In this document: positions 60,280-64,000 of the stretch, in pieces
How the letters are laid out: each line of letters opens with the position of its first letter
How positions within the stretch are numbered: position 1 is the first letter of the stretch
Assembly (NCBI RefSeq): GCF_964355755.1
Contig: NC_092680.1
Coordinates: forward strand, 10,354,001 to 10,418,000
Direction of reading: 5' to 3'
DNA: 64,000 bases
Source: Antedon mediterranea
Lineage: Eukaryota; Animalia; Echinodermata
Notes under the pieces: model-generated
Told to the model about the DNA's origin: nothing
Databases searched by the model: none
The model's input: only the letters and a program-made list of their open reading frames with translations
Program-made: the position numbers and the translations under genes

Positions 60280-62730
60280 TTAAATATAAATGTGGTAGGA
60301 CGGAACATGAATTGGATTTGGACTGATAGAAGGAAAGGATTCCAGAGCCACTGTAAATTTTTTCCTTGATAAAAGATCCGCCAACACGTTATCTACTCCA
60401 GGAATATGCATTTCACGGAATTGTATGTTATACTGGAGGCATATAAGTACTAACCGCCGAATAAGACGCATAAGCGTTTTGTCTTTAGCAGATTTCTTAT
60501 TGATAACAGCCACAACAGCTGAATTATCACAACGAAACAAAATGCGGCGATTAGCGAGCTCATGCCCCCATATTTCAAGGGCAATAACAATTGGAAATAA
60601 CTCCAAAACAGCGATCGAAAAACCTACAAAGTCAGACCCCCAGTTGATGTAAAACCATCTGTCGCAAAATACTGCGGCGCAACCAAAAGACGCAGCTGCA
60701 TCGGAGAATAAGCGCAGTGTCGAAGAATTTAGCCATTTTTCTGGAAGGATAAGGGCTTTTCCATTAAAAGATTCAAGGAATGTTAGCCATATCCGCAAAT
60801 CGTCCTTAACTCCATGAGTTAAGCGAATGAAATGAGATGGATGTTTAGCTAATGACAGGAGGTTTATCATACGGCGTAAAAACGCCCTACCCGGCACTAC
60901 CACACTACAAGCGTAATTAAGCAGGCCAACCATTGATTGCATATCGCGCAGTGTGACATTTTTTCTAATTAAAAATTCAGTTATTTTTGTTACAGTTTTT
61001 TCAATCTTAGGTAACGGGAGGCGACATTCCATCATGACTCTGTCCACCTCAATCCCGTATATTGTAATGACATTAGTCGGAGTTACAGTTTTAGACACCT
61101 TTATAGGAACCCCGATCTTATCGCAAAGATATAAAAATTGAGACAGTGCGTTGTGGCAGTCATTAGAATCATTAGGGCCGACGAAGAAAAAATCATCCAG
61201 AATATGGGATAAATCCCTTACATTAAATTTATTACGCAGTATCCATACTAACGCTTTATTAATGATTCGAAAATATTGCATGAGCGACTGGCGCCCATAG
61301 GCAGACACCGGTCATAAAAGAACCTGCCGTCCCAAGAAAACTCCAGCAAATGGTAATCATCTGGGTGAATAGGGATAATTCTGAAGGCGTCTTCTATGTC
61401 GGTCTTAGACATTAATGCACTAGGTCCATTTTTTAATACTAATCTAACTACATCATCGATTGTGTCGTAGGAAACCTGTGAAACATCATGTGGAATCCCT
61501 GAGTTGACCGAAGCCCCTCGGGGGTACGACAGGTCCTGGATAATGCGATATTTGCATAATTCAGCTTTGGGAACAACACCCAAATGGCGAGGAGATAAAT
61601 TTATCAAACGGAGGGGACTCGAAAGGGCCAGCCAATCTACCGAGTCGTAAACCATTAGAAATAAATTCTTCTATCTGTATCGGGTGATCGAGGGCACTTG
61701 GATGGTTGCGGGCGATGCCCGAAACCGGGGGCTTTAAACAGAGGAGACGGAATCCAAACGAGAAACCAACTAACAATTCGTTAAACAATTCGTGTGTATA
61801 CCCTGTTAAATACCTTGAAAGTTCATTTATTACCACTGGCGTTGGTAGATGGGTTTGCTCGAGTGCCGGTTTGACGACTTGTCGTTCGTGGTTTATTGCA
61901 TTGAATTCTGGCGTGTGGTTGACGGCAGTCGGTACACAGATGTGAGAAGCGGCATGTGGGGGCGTGGCATTGCTTCCCAGCATTAAATTTGAAACATATC
62001 TGTTGGCCACGAAAATTATGCTGCCCCAGTTAGGTCTGAAAGAAGATACATTCCCTAACGAAGCCAGTTTTAACATAAGCTCTGGGTGAAGCACATCCCA
62101 ATTTAAAGGCCTGTCCTGTCGTGCTTTGCGAAAACTTTCGTCATAGGTCCGCCAGTTCAGGTTCCCCAAAGCATTTATTTCTAGTATGTTGTTGACATAT
62201 TTAAGCATAGGCAAACATTGAGCAGGCGATTTTTCAACAAATATATACATGTATATTGTAACTGCCCGCATCCATTCAGTAATTGTGATTAACTTTTTCT
62301 TACTGTTGTCTGTCTCTACACGGAGTTGTTTATCAATAATTGATAACGAGACCCCAGTAGTATCATTGTCGTTATATATCAGAGCCCTCAGGTCAATGTA
62401 TCCATTTGCCCATATTTTATTTTTAACCGATAGTGGCACATTACTGTCCAGAGCAATCGAGTCAGTCATTGTTATGTCGGCCCGAGACGGCTCACCTTCA
62501 AAGAGATCGTTTACAGACGCGTCCAATGGCTGATCCTGTGTGGCATTATCCACAATCAAGGATGTGGTAGCGGCTTGAGATGTTAGAGGACTGCCGCCTG
62601 GTGTCATGGGGCCAGTTGCCTCGCCCGCCTTCAATACCTTCGCAACTTCAGCCGCCAGTTTGGCGTAGTCTAGTGGTGGGGTCTCTTTGTTCGCCGTTGC
62701 CTTCTTCCTAGTGGTTTTTGGGACCCACAC
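60280..62730 (-). pseudogene. Gag and RT-RNase H of copy Y, frameshifted
   Basis: ORFs 61561-62730, 61248-61655 and 60280-61308 (KTDIEDAFR, HILDDFF, FSDAA, CDN, ADLLSR). Confidence 0.9.
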
Positions 62731-64000
62731 TCACGTCATATTGCGAATTTTGGACAAAAAGTGTTTTGAGAGCGCTTTTGATTTAAACATTAGCGCGAGC
62801 CTATCTAGCCGCTGAGAATAGTATTGAGAAACCCGAAGATTTCACGCGAGCGAGACGAACTGACTAAGAACATTATTACTAAAGATTTTCACTTCATACA
62901 CGCTTATTATTGAACAATATTTGGTATAAATACTGCTAATTAATTTGAGACATTCGATGTTACTAAGAATACTGAAGAAAATACTTATAATAAAAATTTA
63001 AAAGATTTATAACGATTCTAGTTTAGGTAACATTCGCCCATTAACAATGAAAACAAACAAATCCTGCGTAGGAAATCGCGGAACTCTAAAACGTTTGTTT
63101 TAACATCAAGCTAAAATTGTTTCCGAATTTTTAAATACATATTTGTAAATATTATGTTAAATTTCAATATCTTTAATTTTAATCCTCAAAAAATCAAAAT
63201 ATTGATATTTTTAAAAAGAATTTTATGATCATTTGAAGTCGGGTATATTTACTATCGATCGCGCTCCGCCGGTGCCCGAGTAGGTGTGTACGCGTTGCTT
63301 TTGCAGGCTCTATTCCCAGTAGTGAGTTTCGGTCGTGCTAAAATAAGCAATTGTTTCTACTTTTATATGCATTAGGGGTAAATTATGTTTTAATTGTATT
63401 TACCGCATAACAAAATTCCCAAATTTATTTCTTTTCTTGCCTAACCGTTTCTGTCACCCTAAAATCAAATACCTTAACTGCATAATTTTAAGTGACAATA
63501 ACATACAAATACTATATATAATTTGATCACTTCTTCCAAATACTTTAACGTTTTTGTATACAATTATTTTAAGAATATAAATAAAAACACACAGAAACTA
63601 ATAAAATGGCAACTAATTGAAGAGGCAAACCCATTTATTTCATCAATTAAACATTTGAAAAAAAATAAATAAAATATGGTACTGCTGTGTAGGCCTTAAA
63701 CTATGATTACTGTATTTTTTTCAGTTTTAATTTGTACAATAGGCTAGGCCTATTAACAACATGCTTATTTCTAAAGTCAAGAATAATAAACAGCTTTTAT
63801 TTATTTAAATTCAATATTAAATCTATGAGAAACCTCAATTATGAGAATCATTTAAATTTCTGTCACCGTACATTTCTTTAAATGAAAACCTTTAATTTAA
63901 AAGACATTTATTATTAAGAGCTGTTCACATTTTTTGAATGTCATCATGCTGTCGATAAATAGCCCACTTTCAATCAAGGGATGCAAATGTTTTCTGGAGT

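Larger units (their letters stand above)
55461..62730 (-). mobile_element. Ngaro-like tyrosine-recombinase retrotransposon, family 2, rearranged tandem of two copies
   Basis: Copy Y (59009-62730) has gag, RT-RH and YR. Copy X (55461-59008) has partial gag and RT-RH, with YR deleted. The 3' split direct repeats are B1 56050-56420, A2 55830-56049 and B2 55461-55829. Confidence 0.9.

Noticed and set aside
29005-62533. Antisense and alternate-frame ORFs overlapping LINE, Gypsy, transposase and Ngaro genes
   Set aside because: These are shadow ORFs of real coding sequence with no independent motifs.

Overview
AT-rich animal genomic DNA, probably from a marine invertebrate (taxon is inferred, not established). 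The left 18 kb holds one complete host gene on the minus strand: G-protein beta-5 (GNB5), 8 coding exons, 351 aa, with one GC-AG intron. Its introns contain MITEs, a tRNA-Asp-like element inserted in (TA)n, and a TSD-flanked insertion carrying a hammerhead ribozyme. About 0.8 kb upstream of the ATG, an 87/78-bp satellite begins and runs to about 55.5 kb, including a 1661-bp higher-order repeat. The satellite is interrupted by nested mobile elements: a decayed Academ transposon (containing a CR1 fragment), an Ngaro-like tyrosine-recombinase retrotransposon, a Rex1/Babar fragment, an SGNH hydrolase remnant, two near-identical L2 LINEs, and a 12-kb Sola3-like transposon whose intron-containing transposase is split by a Gmr1-like Gypsy element. 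A second Ngaro-like family, present as a rearranged tandem, closes the array. The most notable signals are phase-matched splice sites predicting a spliced Gag-N/tyrosine-recombinase mRNA in the Ngaro-like elements, the intronic hammerhead ribozyme, and the helically phased satellite. Coordinates were read by eye, and TE family calls rest on recognised motifs rather than database searches.
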